64,000 nt of DNA. Source: an uncultured Chloroflexia bacterium (lineage in GTDB: Bacteria; Chloroflexota; Anaerolineae; B4-G1; SLSP01). The notes beneath the pieces are model-generated. The model did no database searches. It had not been told where the DNA came from and worked only from the letters and a program-made list of their open reading frames with translations. The translations under genes and the position numbers were made by a program. The stretch covers positions 111,824-175,823 of the forward strand of contig CAVVUS010000037.1 of the NCBI GenBank assembly GCA_963751345.1, given 5' to 3'. Shown here one piece after another: positions 11,547 through 23,375 of the stretch; the first letter of the stretch is position 1, and the number at the start of each line of letters is the position of its first letter.

Positions 11547-12397
11547 ATCACAGCACCTTCTCTTTCGAGTCTCACGATCCGGTTGCCACCTGAATAGTCA
11601 GAAAACTGGAAGAGGAAGAGCGCCAACTGCGGCGAGCGAAGCGCGGCATCGATCTCATCCTCGGCGATGGCGGTCATCGAGTCAAAAACGCGTTTGATGC
11701 TCTTCAGCCACACGCCCGACTCCTTCTCGATGAAGACATCGGAGGGCCCGCGACAACCAACGCACGGGTGACCCGCTCGCGGGCACGGGGCGCGACACCC
11801 ACCCCTTGTCGACGAGCCGACACAAAGATAGCCCTGGTTGATCAAGCATATGTCGGGCAGCACGTTGCCCTGCTCAAAACCAAGCAGCCGTTCGGGCCGC
11901 ATATCGCGAAGCTTGGTCCGCCCACACTCCTGGCACACGATCTTGCTGGCCTGGAAGTCGGGATCGTCCATCAGTACCGCCATGAAGAGCTCGGAGGTCG
12001 GTGGGCAGCCCGGCAGATAGAGATCGACGTCCACGTAGGCGTCCACCGGGTGACACTTGGGCAGTAGCCTCGGCACATCACGTCGCTCCGCCTGTGCCAA
12101 GAAGACCTCACGCACCTCATCCCGGTCCCCCAGGTTCGCAACGCCGCCTGAAATCGCGCACGTCCCAACCGGCACGACCTGGGCGGCGCGCTTAACGGCC
12201 CCGCGGAGCTTGTGCAGATCCTCGTCGGTCCGCACGCCCCCGCTGATGAGCAGGATGTCGACCTCGGGCACATCGTGCGCGGTGACGACCAGGGGCATAT
12301 AGACAAGGTCAAACTGATCGACCCAGGCATCCGCGTTGATCAGCGAGACCTCGCACCCGGCACACCCGGAGAGCTGCAGGACCGCGAAGCGCTTCAT
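11534..12397 (-). CDS. [NiFe]-hydrogenase small subunit (MvhG/HydD-like)
   Basis: CAGC, GTCA, PGCPP, VCQEC, C...LCVG..TRGGC.APCP....CVGCRGP; SD GGAGG before ATG 12397. Confidence 0.9.
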   Translation of the reverse strand: MKRFAVLQLSGCAGCEVSLINADAWVDQFDLVYMPLVVTAHDVPEVDILLISGGVRTDEDLHKLRGAVKRAAQVVPVGTCAISGGVANLGDRDEVREVFLAQAERRDVPRLLPKCHPVDAYVDVDLYLPGCPPTSELFMAVLMDDPDFQASKIVCQECGRTKLRDMRPERLLGFEQGNVLPDICLINQGYLCVGSSTRGGCRAPCPRAGHPCVGCRGPSDVFIEKESGVWLKSIKRVFDSMTAIAEDEIDAALRSPQLALFLFQFSDYSGGNRIVRLEREGAVIWRR

Positions 12398-12622
12398 CTG
12401 GCCTCCTCCACACACAGCCGAACGTGACCACACCCCTGTGAGTCTAGTTCAGCTTCGGCGAATCGCAAGACGCGGGACCCTCCGGGAAGAAAAGCACCAA
12501 TCCCGGAGGGTCAGACTGCAATCGTTCAAGTGCGAAAGGCTTTGCTTTACAACCATGTCAAAGACGGTATACTACCGCTGTCTTACGCCCACGTCACAAT
12601 CGAGGCTCAGATACAACATCCT

Positions 12623-14338
12623 ATGGAAGAGCAGCACATCAAACAAAGCGATCCCCGCGAGACCGTCCAAATCACGCTGCCGGATGGACTTACGTACGAA
12701 GGACCCGTCGGCACGACGTTGGAGTCCTTCCTCAGGGCAGCCTACCCCAACCCGGAGGCCCCCCTGATTGCGGCATTGGTCGACTGCCATCTCCGCGAGC
12801 TGACCTATCGGGTCAAGCGAGACTGCGTTGTGGAGCCGATCGATCTCTCACAGTCGGACGGCGTTCGCATTTACCGACGGTCCCTCACATTCCTGATGGT
12901 CGCGGTTGCCGACCAGCTCTTTCCGGGAACTGAGATCTACGTGGACCACTCGCTGCCTTACGGCGGTTACTTCTGCGAGGTGCGTAACCGCGCACCGTTC
13001 ACGGATGAGGAGTTGGCGCGCTTGAGCGCCGAGATGCAGCGCCATATCGATGCCGACACACCTATTCTCCGTGAGGAGGAGGTGCCCCTCGACGAGGCGC
13101 TCGATCTCTTCCAGACCCGTGGGGAGACTGACAAGGTCGGCATCTTCGAGACTCGTGATCGCACGCGAAAGGCCTACTTGCGGCTGTACGGTCTCAACGG
13201 CTATCGTGACTACTTCCACGGCTACATGGTGCCGAGTGCCGGCTATCTCAAGGTCTTCCGATTGGTTCGCTGGGAGGAGGGATTCATCCTCCAGTTTCCG
13301 CGACGCGTGCAGCCCACCCAACTGCAACAACCCATCCGCTACCCGCAGCTGAAACGTGTCTTCAGGGAATACGGGGAATGGCTTCGGCTTCTGGAGACGG
13401 AGAACGTCGGAGGGCTCAACCGGGCGATCAGTCGTGGGCGGATCCACGAGATCATCCTGGTCTCCGAAGCCCTGCACGAGCAGGTGATTGCCGACATTGC
13501 ACGGCAGATCGCCAGCCGCAGGGATCATGTACGGCTCGTGCTTATCGCCGGGCCTTCTTCCTCGGGGAAGACCACCTTCTCAAAACGGCTTGCCGTGCAG
13601 CTTCTAGCACACGGCGTGCGGCCCTTCGCCCTGGAGCTTGACAACTACTTCGTCAATCGGGAGCTGACGCCGAAGGATGAGGCCGGCGACTACAATTTCG
13701 AGGCGCTGGAAGCCCTGGATCTGCCCCGTTTCAACGAACAACTGGGGCCGCTCATGAGCGGAGAGGAAGTGCAGTTGCCGAAGTACAACTTCCTCACCGG
13801 CCAACGCGAGAATGGTCAGGTCGTCCGCCTTCATCCGGACCAGATCGTCATCGTCGAAGGTATCCACGGGATGAACCCACGCCTGGTCTACTCGATCCCG
13901 CCCGACAGCATCTTCCGTGTTTACGTCTCGGCCTTGACGCAGCTCAACCTCGATAGACACAACCGTGTCGCGACAACGGACACTCGGCTGATCCGGCGTA
14001 TCACGCGCGACGCGCGTACCCGCGGCTACTCTGCGATGGACACACTGAATCGATGGGAGAGTGTGCGCCGCGGGGAGAAAGAGTACATCTTTCCGTATCA
14101 GGAGTACGCCGACGTCATGTTCAACTCGGCACTCGTCTACGAGCTTTCCGTGCTCAAATCGCTGGCAGAGCCCCTGCTGCTCCAGGTCAATCCGGAGTCG
14201 CGCCAGTGGGTGGAGGCCAAGCGCTTGCTCAAGTTCCTACAGTGGTTCCGGCCTCTTGACATCTCCCTCGTGCCCGAGAACTCCATTCTTCGCGAATTCG
14301 TCGGGGGATTGGCGCTAGAGGATTTCCATTGGGATTAG
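12623..14338 (+). CDS. Nucleoside/uridine kinase with N-terminal TGS and ThrRS-like domains
   Basis: GVRIYRRSLTFL, DYFHGYMVPSAGYL, Walker A GPSSSGKTT, EGIHG, SILREFVGG. Confidence 0.88.
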   Translation: MEEQHIKQSDPRETVQITLPDGLTYEGPVGTTLESFLRAAYPNPEAPLIAALVDCHLRELTYRVKRDCVVEPIDLSQSDGVRIYRRSLTFLMVAVADQLFPGTEIYVDHSLPYGGYFCEVRNRAPFTDEELARLSAEMQRHIDADTPILREEEVPLDEALDLFQTRGETDKVGIFETRDRTRKAYLRLYGLNGYRDYFHGYMVPSAGYLKVFRLVRWEEGFILQFPRRVQPTQLQQPIRYPQLKRVFREYGEWLRLLETENVGGLNRAISRGRIHEIILVSEALHEQVIADIARQIASRRDHVRLVLIAGPSSSGKTTFSKRLAVQLLAHGVRPFALELDNYFVNRELTPKDEAGDYNFEALEALDLPRFNEQLGPLMSGEEVQLPKYNFLTGQRENGQVVRLHPDQIVIVEGIHGMNPRLVYSIPPDSIFRVYVSALTQLNLDRHNRVATTDTRLIRRITRDARTRGYSAMDTLNRWESVRRGEKEYIFPYQEYADVMFNSALVYELSVLKSLAEPLLLQVNPESRQWVEAKRLLKFLQWFRPLDISLVPENSILREFVGGLALEDFHWD

Positions 14339-14347
14339 GCTCCCTCT

Positions 14348-16180
14348 ATGGACCAGTGCCCTAAGTGCGGTGAGGCCCTGGGTGGGGCCACTATTGTCTG
14401 CCCCCACTGCGGAGCCACGCTCGTCGAGGACGAGAAAAGGCGCGCGTGGTTCGGCCGACGGCGGACGTCGCGCACCCCTCGGCAGCAGGGCCACCATCGC
14501 ATCTGGATACGATTGCTCCTCGCGCTGCTTGCGGTCGTGCTCTTTGTCGGGGTCCTCGCCGGCTCAGCCTACGTCGGCATCTATACAGGCGAACGAGACC
14601 GCCAGACCCGCAGGGAGACCGTCCTCCAAGAGCACTATCAAGCGGGTATCACGGCACTCAACGATGGGAACTCCGAGCGCGCCGTCGCGGAGTTCGCGTA
14701 TGTGCTGGAGCTCGATCCCGAGGACGGCCTGGCGGAGCAGGGGCTCACCGAAGCGCAGGCCCGCCTCGAGGTCAAGCCGACACCCACGCTGGAAGCCGCA
14801 CAATCGCTGGCGGAGCAACTCCTCGCGCAGGCTGAGGCCTCCTACGCCCAGGAGGACTGGGTCTCAACCGCCCGCACTCTGACGCAGCTCAGATCGCTGG
14901 ATACAGTCTTCGCTCAGGAGGAAGTGGAGGAAATGCTCTTCCACAGCCTCTACCAGGCCGGTACGCAGTACCTCGAGGAGGACTCGCTCGAAATCGGTAT
15001 CTCCTATCTCGACCAGGCCATCGCCCTTCGGCCCCTCGACGCGGACGTGGTGGCCCAGCGCAATCTCGCCGCGCGCTATCTCGACGCGCTCAACTACTGG
15101 GGCGTAGATTGGGAACTCAGCATCGAACGGTTCGGGACCCTCTACGCTACCGCACCCGACTACAAGGACGTCGCACAGCGCCTGTACCAGGCCCATGTTG
15201 AGTACGGCGACGACTTTGTCGAACGCGGCGAGATGTGTCCGGCGGAGGTCCAGTACAGCCAGGCGCTGCGTATGTACACCAGCACCTCGGTCGAGGAAGC
15301 GCGCGCCGATGCGGCCCAAACCTGTCTCAGCGCCACGCCGATCCCGATCAGCGGCACGATGCCAAGCCTGACGCCGCAGCCCATCGCGGGGTTTTCAGTA
15401 GGTCGCCTGGCCTACCCGGTGTATAACAGCGCCAGCGGCGCCTACGACCTCTACGCCCTCTACGCCGGCGGACGTATCATCCGCGTGGCGATCAACGGCG
15501 ATCAACCCTCGTGGGAGTGGAACACCGGCAGGGTGGTGTACCGCGATAGAGCCGCCGGCTCGGTGCAGTTGGTGCTCCCCGAGGAAGGCGTGCCGCTCCA
15601 GTTACTGCCCGCCGGCCAACAGGCGTGGCCGACCTTGTCGCCCGACAGCCAACGTCTCGCCTACGCCGCGGTAGCAGGGGATGGCAACTGGGCCATCTAC
15701 ATCGCGAATATAGATGGCAGCGGCGAACCACGCCAGCTTGCTGCCGGGTGGGCACCGTCGTGGAGCAACACCGGACTTCTCGCCTACACCGGATGCGATA
15801 GCGACGGGGGCTGCGGCATCATCCTCGATAACCCGGACGATGACCAGCCCGGCGGGCGCCTCACCGGCAGCCAGAACGACGGGGCCGTGAGCTGGGCACC
15901 GGCAGGCAACATGATGGCCTACATGGGCAACGTCACGGGGAACTGGGATCTCTTCCTGCTTAGCCCCGAGGGCGGTGTACAGCAGCTTACCACAGACACC
16001 TCGGACGAAGGGCTGCCCGCCTGGTCGCCCGACGGCGGCAAGATTGCGTTCGTGAGCAATCGCGGCGGGAGTTGGGCGCTCTATGTGATGGATCTCGGGA
16101 CGCAGGAGGTCCAGCGCATCCTTGACCTGGGTGCAGAGCTGCCGGGTTGGGAGAACCAACGCCTCGCCTGGGCGCCTTGA
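14348..16180 (+). CDS. Membrane-anchored zinc-ribbon/TPR/TolB-like PD40 repeat protein
   Basis: CPKCG/CPHCG, TM helix, TPR-like helices, PAWSPDGGKIAFVSNR repeats. Confidence 0.82.
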   Translation: MDQCPKCGEALGGATIVCPHCGATLVEDEKRRAWFGRRRTSRTPRQQGHHRIWIRLLLALLAVVLFVGVLAGSAYVGIYTGERDRQTRRETVLQEHYQAGITALNDGNSERAVAEFAYVLELDPEDGLAEQGLTEAQARLEVKPTPTLEAAQSLAEQLLAQAEASYAQEDWVSTARTLTQLRSLDTVFAQEEVEEMLFHSLYQAGTQYLEEDSLEIGISYLDQAIALRPLDADVVAQRNLAARYLDALNYWGVDWELSIERFGTLYATAPDYKDVAQRLYQAHVEYGDDFVERGEMCPAEVQYSQALRMYTSTSVEEARADAAQTCLSATPIPISGTMPSLTPQPIAGFSVGRLAYPVYNSASGAYDLYALYAGGRIIRVAINGDQPSWEWNTGRVVYRDRAAGSVQLVLPEEGVPLQLLPAGQQAWPTLSPDSQRLAYAAVAGDGNWAIYIANIDGSGEPRQLAAGWAPSWSNTGLLAYTGCDSDGGCGIILDNPDDDQPGGRLTGSQNDGAVSWAPAGNMMAYMGNVTGNWDLFLLSPEGGVQQLTTDTSDEGLPAWSPDGGKIAFVSNRGGSWALYVMDLGTQEVQRILDLGAELPGWENQRLAWAP

Positions 16181-16253
16181 CGAAACGGCGATTCAGAGTA
16201 TAAATGTTGACGCATAGATGTTGCGGCACTGGTGCCGGCGCACCTATACGCAT

Positions 16254-16328
16254 CGGGGCGTAGCGCAGCTTGGTTAGCGCGCACGGTTTGGGTCCGTGAG
16301 GTCGGCGGTTCGAATCCGCCCGCCCCGA
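16254..16328 (+). tRNA. tRNA-Pro (anticodon TGG), CCA not encoded
   Basis: Acceptor CGGGGCG/CGCCCCG, D arm GCGC..GCGC, anticodon arm CACGG-TTTGGGT-CCGTG, T loop GGTTCGAATCC. Confidence 0.97.
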
Positions 16329-16404
16329 CAAGAACGTCAAAGAAGCCCGTCCTTTGCGTGTCAAGAGCACAGACGCTATTGGACTCCCCCGATGAGCTAC
16401 GGAG

Positions 16405-17054
16405 CTACTGTCCCAGCTCGATCTCGTCCAGTGTGATACGTCCGGTCTTCAGCGCATAGAGCGCGGCCTGCGTCCGGCTTGCCAGCCCCAACTTCCCCAG
16501 GATACTGCTGACGTGGGTCTTGACCGTTTTCTCTGAGATGAAAAGCGCGCCGGCGATCTCGCTGTTGGAGAGACCGCGCGCCACCGCCAGCAGCACCTCG
16601 GATTCACGCTCGGTCAGCACCTCGGGGCTCGCTGTCGCGCGCACCTCGTGCACCAGCCGGGCCGCAACCTCCGGTGAGAGCTGCACCTGACCGGCCGCGC
16701 GGCCTTAATCGCCTTGCACAGCCACTCCGGCTCCGCATCCTTGAGAAGGTAGCCTGTCGCCCCCACGCGAATCGCGTCGAGAATGGCCGCATCCTCGAGC
16801 ACGCTCGTCAAGGCGATCACTTCGGTCTCGGGTATCTCCTGCCGAATCCTCTCAATGGCGGTGACGCCGTCCATCTCCGGCATCAGCAGGTCCATCAGCA
16901 CGACGTCCGGCCGATATAGGCGGGTTAGACGCACGGCCTCGACGCCATTCCTGGCCTCGCCCACCACCTCGATGTCCGAGTCCAGCGAGAGAAAGAGGTT
17001 CAGGCCCTGACGTACCACACTGTGATCATCCACGATGAGGACACGTATTGCCAT
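16405..17054 (-). CDS. NarL/LuxR family response regulator (frameshift near 16690)
   Basis: IRVLIVDDHSVVRQG, DVVLMDLLMP, GYLLK; HTH LTERESEVL...SEKTVKTHVSSILGKL in adjacent frame. Confidence 0.92.
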
Positions 17055-17203
17055 GTTGCCTCCAACTTTAGTCCTAGATGGGATTGGGTCCGGAGTCCCA
17101 GGTCACTTGGCTCGTCTGCCCGATGAAATCATGATCTCGAACGACTATGCTTATGACAGTGATTATATCCTAGACCCTGAAAGCTTCCCAGAGGAGGTAC
17201 GGC

Positions 17204-18194
17204 ATGACCCCACAACGACATAGAGGAACGCGATGGTAGAAGCAACTCGCTATTGAAACAACGTCGCTTAGCAAGTCCTTCGGCGAGGTGCAGGCCCTCA
17301 GAGGCCTTGATTTGGCCGTTCCCCGGACACTCGATCTATGGATTCCTCGGCCCCAACGGGGCCGGCAAGACGACGACGATGAAGCTGCTCCTGGGGCTGA
17401 TCCGTCCGACAGGCGGGATGGGCACCATCCTGGGGCACGATATCGTCAAAGAGAGCCTGGCCATCCGGGCGCGCATTGGGTACCTGCCACAACAGCCGCA
17501 CTTCATCGGCAGCATGACGGCACGCGAGACGCTGCGATTCACTGCCCGCTTCTTCTTCAGCGGGCCTAGCGCCGGCATCGAGCGACGAGTCGATGAGATG
17601 CTCCACGTGGTCGGACTGACGGAGAAGGCGGATCGTCCGATCAAGGGATTCTCGGGCGGCGAACGCCAACGCCTCGGCATGGCTCAGGCACAGATCAACG
17701 ACCCGGAGTTACTCATCCTGGATGAACCGGCTGCGGCACTGGACCCCATCGGCCGAAGAGACGTCCTCGCGGTGATGGAACAACTTCGGGAACGCACGAC
17801 GATCTTCTACTCGACGCACATTCTCGACGACGTACAGCAGGTGAGCGACACCGTGGCGATCTTGAATCACGGCGAGTTGGTAGCGCAAGGCCCCATCGAG
17901 CGGCTCCTCAACGGCGGTGGGCGCACCGTGTTCACCGTGACGATGGAGGGGAAGACCGGGAACGCCTATGCGCGTGTCACCTCCATACCGTGGGTTTCAG
18001 GGGTGTCAGAACTCCACCGCAACGGCACGACGACCTGGCAGGTGGAAGTGAGGGATGAGCAGGTCGCCAAGGAGCACCTGCTGAGGCTGATTCTGTCCGA
18101 ACCCTCTGTCGTGGTAACCAAGTTCGCACGCCGCACCTTCGAGCTTGAGGAGGTCTTTATGGCCCTCGTCGAGTCTCCCGCATCGGGGGCATAG
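17204..18194 (+). CDS. ABC-2 type transporter ATP-binding protein (5' frameshifts; start approximate)
   Basis: GPNGAGKTT, FSGGERQR, LILDEP, STH; SD GAGGAGG before ATG 17204. Confidence 0.9.
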
Positions 18195-18261
18195 CACACA
18201 ATGATGGAGATACGCAGAGACCCTTTTACTCATTTGGCAGCGAATCAAGAGGTGAGACAAG

Positions 18262-19071
18262 ATGACAACCTACGAACTCAATCCCAGTGAACTCCGCGGC
18301 TGGCACAGTGGCTTCGCGAACCTGCTACACAAGGAAGGCCGGATGTGGCTCGGCAGCCCGCGGTGGTGGATCCAGCCGTTGTTGTGGACAGGCATGCTGG
18401 ACGGACTGCTTGCCTTGGTCGTGTTTGTGCTCCCGATCGTGGTGAGCATGGATCCCACCAAGAGCAGCGCTCAGTTCGACCCTATGGCCATTGGGTTTCA
18501 GGCCATCTTCCAACTCGGGCCACTCTTCGTGGCGGTGGGCGCCGTGATCGTGGGGCAGAACTTGGTTCTTGGCGAGCGGGAGTCCGGCGTCGCGGAGTGG
18601 ATCCTGACCAAACCGGTCTCGCGCGCCGCCTATCTGCTGGCCAAGCTTGTCGCTAGCTCGGCAGGCGCGCTCGTCACGATGGTGTTGATACCCTCCGGCG
18701 TCGCATATGGGCTGCTGTCGGTGGCCAACGGCAGCGCGCTTCCACCCATCCCGTTCCTGACCTGCGTGCTGGGACTGGCGCTCCATACCCTCTTCTACCT
18801 GACCTTGACCCTGATGTTGGGAGTAGTCGTCAGTTCCCGCGAGAGACTTTTGGCCACAGCGCTTGGCACGCTGTTCGCCGGGTTGGTGATTCCTGGATTC
18901 CTTGGGAAGCTGGCCTTTGGTACGCCCTGGATCCTACCCGCCACGCTGCCGGCCCTGGGCACGGGACAGGATTTGCCGATGATGATCTCGTTACCCCTCG
19001 CGATGACGGCTGTATGGTGCTGTGCCTTCGTCGGCCTCGCCCTGTGGCAGTTCGAGCGAATTGAGCACTAA
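18262..19071 (+). CDS. ABC-2 type transporter permease
   Basis: Six hydrophobic segments, GERESG..EWILTKPVSR...LAK motif. Confidence 0.88.
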   Translation: MTTYELNPSELRGWHSGFANLLHKEGRMWLGSPRWWIQPLLWTGMLDGLLALVVFVLPIVVSMDPTKSSAQFDPMAIGFQAIFQLGPLFVAVGAVIVGQNLVLGERESGVAEWILTKPVSRAAYLLAKLVASSAGALVTMVLIPSGVAYGLLSVANGSALPPIPFLTCVLGLALHTLFYLTLTLMLGVVVSSRERLLATALGTLFAGLVIPGFLGKLAFGTPWILPATLPALGTGQDLPMMISLPLAMTAVWCCAFVGLALWQFERIEH

Positions 19072-19099
19072 GTTATGGGACGCGGCATCTCAGGGAACG

Positions 19100-22000
19100 T
19101 TAGCTGGAGTTCAGGGGCAGGGTCGCGCGCACGAGTGTGCCCTGCCCTGGGGCGCTCTCGATGACCAGTCGGCCGCCCAGACGCGCGACGCGCTCGCGCA
19201 TCGTCTGGAGGCCCAGGTGTCCCGGATACTCACCCTGCGGGTCGAAGCCGACGCCATTGTCCCGCACCTCCAGCACAAGCCCCTCAGCCGAGCACACCAC
19301 CCGCAGCACCACCTCGGTCGCCTGGGCGTGTTTGACCAGGTTGTTGAGCGCTTCCTGAGCCACCCGATAGAGCGCCTCTTTGGCAGCCAGGGCTATGGTA
19401 GGCTCATCGCAGACGTCTGTCTCCACGACGAGTCTGTGACGAGTGCGTATGGCATCTGCCTGCTTGGTCAAAGCCGCGATAAGCCCTTCTTTCTCCAGAG
19501 CGTCGGGGCGAAGCTCGAAGATCAGAGCGCGCATCTCTGCCAACCCGGCATCGGCAAGCGAGAAGACGTAGTCCAACGGATTCGCCATACTCGCCTTGAC
19601 CGCGTCATCCAGCGGCTGGCGGTCCAGCAAGGTGCGCGCCGTACGGGTGCCGAGGACGATGCCGTAGAGTGCTTGCGAGACCGAATCGTGGAGCTCGCGC
19701 GCGATACGGTTCCGCTCGGCTGATACCCCCGCCTGCTCCGCCGTCTCTCGCAGCCGAGCATTCTCGATCGCAAGCGCGGCCTGCGTCCCGATCGTCATGA
19801 CGGTGTTGACCACGTCCTCTGAAAAGGTGCGGGGCCGGCGGTAATAGAGCTCCAGCGCGCCGTAGAGTTTGTCGAGGATGATGATGGGCGCGGTCAATTT
19901 GGCATGGAAATCCCGCCGCACCAGCGACAACCAGCGGGCCAACGTCGGGTCATCCGGCGGCTGGACGTCGGCGAAATATGGGCCGAAGTCCGGCACACTG
20001 TGGGGTTGACGTTGCGCCACCGCCCGCTGAGGCTCCGTGCCGGTGAGACGAAAGGGACCTAACGCCTCGAACTCATACGGCATCCCCACCATAGCCACGG
20101 CCGAGCTCGTCTCACTCACGTCGTCATAGCGGTAGATCACGCCGGCATCGGCTCTCTCGAGTTCACAGGCCTGCTCAACGATCGTGCGAAGGATCTGATC
20201 GAGGGAGCGATCCGAGTTCAGGAGCTGCAGCACGTCACGCAGGCTCTCGGCAACGCGACGCCGCGTCTCGACCTCCCGCGTTCGCGCGGCGACCAAGTTC
20301 TCCAGCTCGCGACTCCGTGACTCAACCGTCTGCATACGCCATCGATATCCCCCGAGCAGCAGGAGCGCAAGTGCTGCAACGCTCCCCAGGCGGAATATCC
20401 ATGAGCTCCACCATGGCGGTGCCACATCCAGGAAGACAGAGGTGCCCTCGGTGTTCCAGACGCTGTCCGAATTCGCCGCGATAACGCGAAAGACGTACTC
20501 GCCGCCGCGCAGGTTTGTGTAGTCGACGTGACGACGAGTCCCGGCCTGGATCCAATCAGCATCCTGGCCTTCCATTTTGTAGGCATAGATCTGGTTCTCC
20601 GGCGCGTTGTAGTCGAGGGCGGCAAAGTCAAACGAGATCGCCCTGTCTTTGTAGGTCAGCGCAATACGCATGTCCGAAGGTCAGACTCGTATATAGGGTC
20701 TCGTTGTTCTTGCTGAAGGATGTGACCACGACAGGAGGGACGTAAGCGCCCGACATGAACGCTCGAGGGATAGAAGGCGTTCAGACCCGCAACCCCTGCG
20801 AAGAAGAACTCACCCCACGCGCTCTTGTGCGCAGCGCCATAGTTGAACTCGGTGCTCTGCAGGCCATCCTCGATCCCGTAGTTTCTGAACGCTGAGGCGA
20901 GCTGCGCTCCTTCCCTCACCAACGCAGGGTCAAATCGCGAGATGCCGTTGTTGGTGCTGATCCAGATTCGGCCATCTGAGTCTTCCAGCAGCGCATAGAC
21001 TCCGTCGTTGGGCAGGCCATCAGCCGTGGTGTAGCGCACGAAACTGCCGGCCGCGGGCTCGTACATGGCCAGACCGCCGCCATAGGTCCCGACCCAGATC
21101 GTCCCATCCGTTGCCTGAAGCAAGGCCAGGACGGTGTCACTGCCCAGAGTTCCGGGGTCATCCGGGACAGACCGATATTGCTTGACGCCCCCGGTCTCAG
21201 GATCCAAGACGGTGAGGCCCGCGTTCCAGGTCCCCAGCCACAGACGTCCTTCGCGGTCCTCCAGGATGGCACGCACGCGGTCACTGCTTAAGCCGGCGTC
21301 GCCCGACGGCTCGTGGCGGTAGTGCACAAACGTGCCTGAGGCCGGATCCAGCCGGTCCAGCCCCTGGGACTGCGTCGCGATCCAGATATGCCCGGCGCGA
21401 TCCTCGTAGAGCACACGAATCTGATCCTCAGCCAGGCTCTGAACATCTCCCGGATCGTGACGGTAGTGCGTGAAAGCATTCATTGAAGGATCGAAGCGGT
21501 CGAGCCCACCACCATACGTGCCGATCCACAGGCGGCCCTGGTGATCCGTGAGCAGCGCGCGTACGTCATCGTCGCTCAAGCTCCCTGGATCGCCCTCCCG
21601 GTGCTGGTAGTGCTCCACGACGCCGGACTCCCGATGCATACGATTGAGTCCCTCGTGCATCGTCCCGACCCACACGCTGCCATCTGATGTGGTCGAAATC
21701 GACCAGATGCTACTCTCGCTCAGGCTGTCTGGGACGCCCGGTTCGTGGCGATAGAGGACAAAGGTGGTCGCCGTGCGAGGCAGTTTGCTGAGTCCGGCAC
21801 CGTAGGTGCCGATCCAGAGCACCTCACCGGCGTCCTGGAAGAGGCTGCGAATCGTGTCGCCTGCAACACTTCGCGCGTCGGCAGGGTCATGCGCGAAGTG
21901 GTGAAAACGATCGCGCAGCGGATCCCAGAGGTTGAGGCCGTTCTGTGTGCCTACCCAGAGCCGCCTATCCCGGTCCTCGAGCACGTCCCAGACGGTGTCG

Positions 22001-22828
22001 TCGCTCAGGCTGTAGGGATCGTCGAAGTCGTTGGTGAACCGCGCAAGCACCGTACCGTCGGGATCCAGTTGGACCAGACCAGCGCCCTCCAGGCCCAGCC
22101 AGATGTATCCCTGCCCGTCCGCGGCGATGCAGCGAACTGCACCGTCAGCGTTCGCAGGCAGGTCTAGAAGCGTGAAGCTCTCAGCGCTTGGATCAAAGCG
22201 AACCAGCCCGAGGTCAGTGCCCACCCAAAGCAGCTGCGCGGATCCCATAGGAGCGCGCTGATCACAGTCCCCGCATCTGCCTCAAGAGGAAACCGCTGGA
22301 GTTCGCCGCTGGCAGGATCGAACTCGACCAAGCCCCCTGCCATCGTGCCTACCCACAACACGCCATTGGGATCCTCCGCGAGAGCGTAGATCTCATCACC
22401 CTCAAGGCTCTGCCCATCGCCGCTAGCATCGACGGCGCGCACAAACGCCTCGGTCTGGGAACAAAGCGATCCAGGCCGCTGTCGGTCCCAACCCGAGCGT
22501 CCCCGCCCGGTCGACCCACAGAGCGCGAACGTAGCTGTTCGCCAGGGAGGTACGGTCGCCGGGAAGGTGCCGGAAGACGGTGACCTCATATCCATTGTAG
22601 CGGTTGAGCCCATCCTCGGTCGCAAACCACAGAAAGCCGCGATGGTCCTGTGCGACATCCAATACGACGCTCTGGGATAGGCCTTGCTCCAACGAAAGGG
22701 TCTGGAAACGCAGTGTCGCAAGCGATAGATCGGCGGGTGGTGGCTGATTCTGCGCATACGTCGTCCGTGGCGATGCAGAGGAGACATAGCAGCGCGACTA
22801 GGGTGGCGAGAGTTCTCAGAACACGCAT
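19100..22828 (-). CDS. Sensor histidine kinase: beta-propeller sensor, Y_Y_Y, TM, GAF, HisKA_3, HATPase (several frameshifts)
   Basis: Signal peptide in 22586..22828; repeats D..G.LWIGT..GL; YAYKMEG..DW, YTNL..GEY; ERNRIARELHDSVSQ; DNGVGF, HLGLQTMRER. Confidence 0.88.
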
Positions 22829-22972
22829 AGGTCTCCAACTAAAGTCCTAGCAGAACTCAGACAAAAGCGTCGGGGAAACTCGTTTGTTGTCCTGATGCAC
22901 TCGAGGGCAGAGTATCGTACATTAGGGCTGTGACGATTATAGCATATCCAGAACGGTAGAAAGCGACACGAC

Positions 22973-23375
22973 ATGCCCAGAATCCTGCTTGTTGACGATC
23001 AAGGTTCGGTACGCGAGGGATTGAGAATGCGTTTGGCGCTGGAGACTGACATGGAGGTGGTGGGTGAAGCCGGTGATGGCATCGAGGCATTGCACGCTGC
23101 AGAACGGCTGGCGCCCGATGTCGTCGTGATGGACGTGGAGATGCCCCATATGGACGGCATTGCAGCGACCCGGCAGCTTCGGGAGGCAATGCCCCATGAT
23201 CGCCGTCATCATGCTCAGCATCCATGGCGATCGGTACGTCCGCGAGAGCGCACTCGATGCCGGCGCCGTCGCCTTTGTCGAGAAACGGGGTGGGTTGAAG
23301 CCGCTGTTGGACGCTATTCACGACGTGGACACAGCGAGAACGAGAATGAGTCCCGAAGGATCGGAGGAGCAGTGA
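22973..23375 (+). CDS. Stand-alone receiver-domain response regulator (frameshift near 23195)
   Basis: ILLVDDQ, DVVVMDVEMPHMDG, then VIMLSIH...AFVEK in shifted frame. Confidence 0.85.

Noticed and set aside
10230-11597. Long antisense ORFs (also 59136..60515 and 61119..62324)
   Set aside because: Shadow ORFs of high-GC3 genes with no recognisable motifs.
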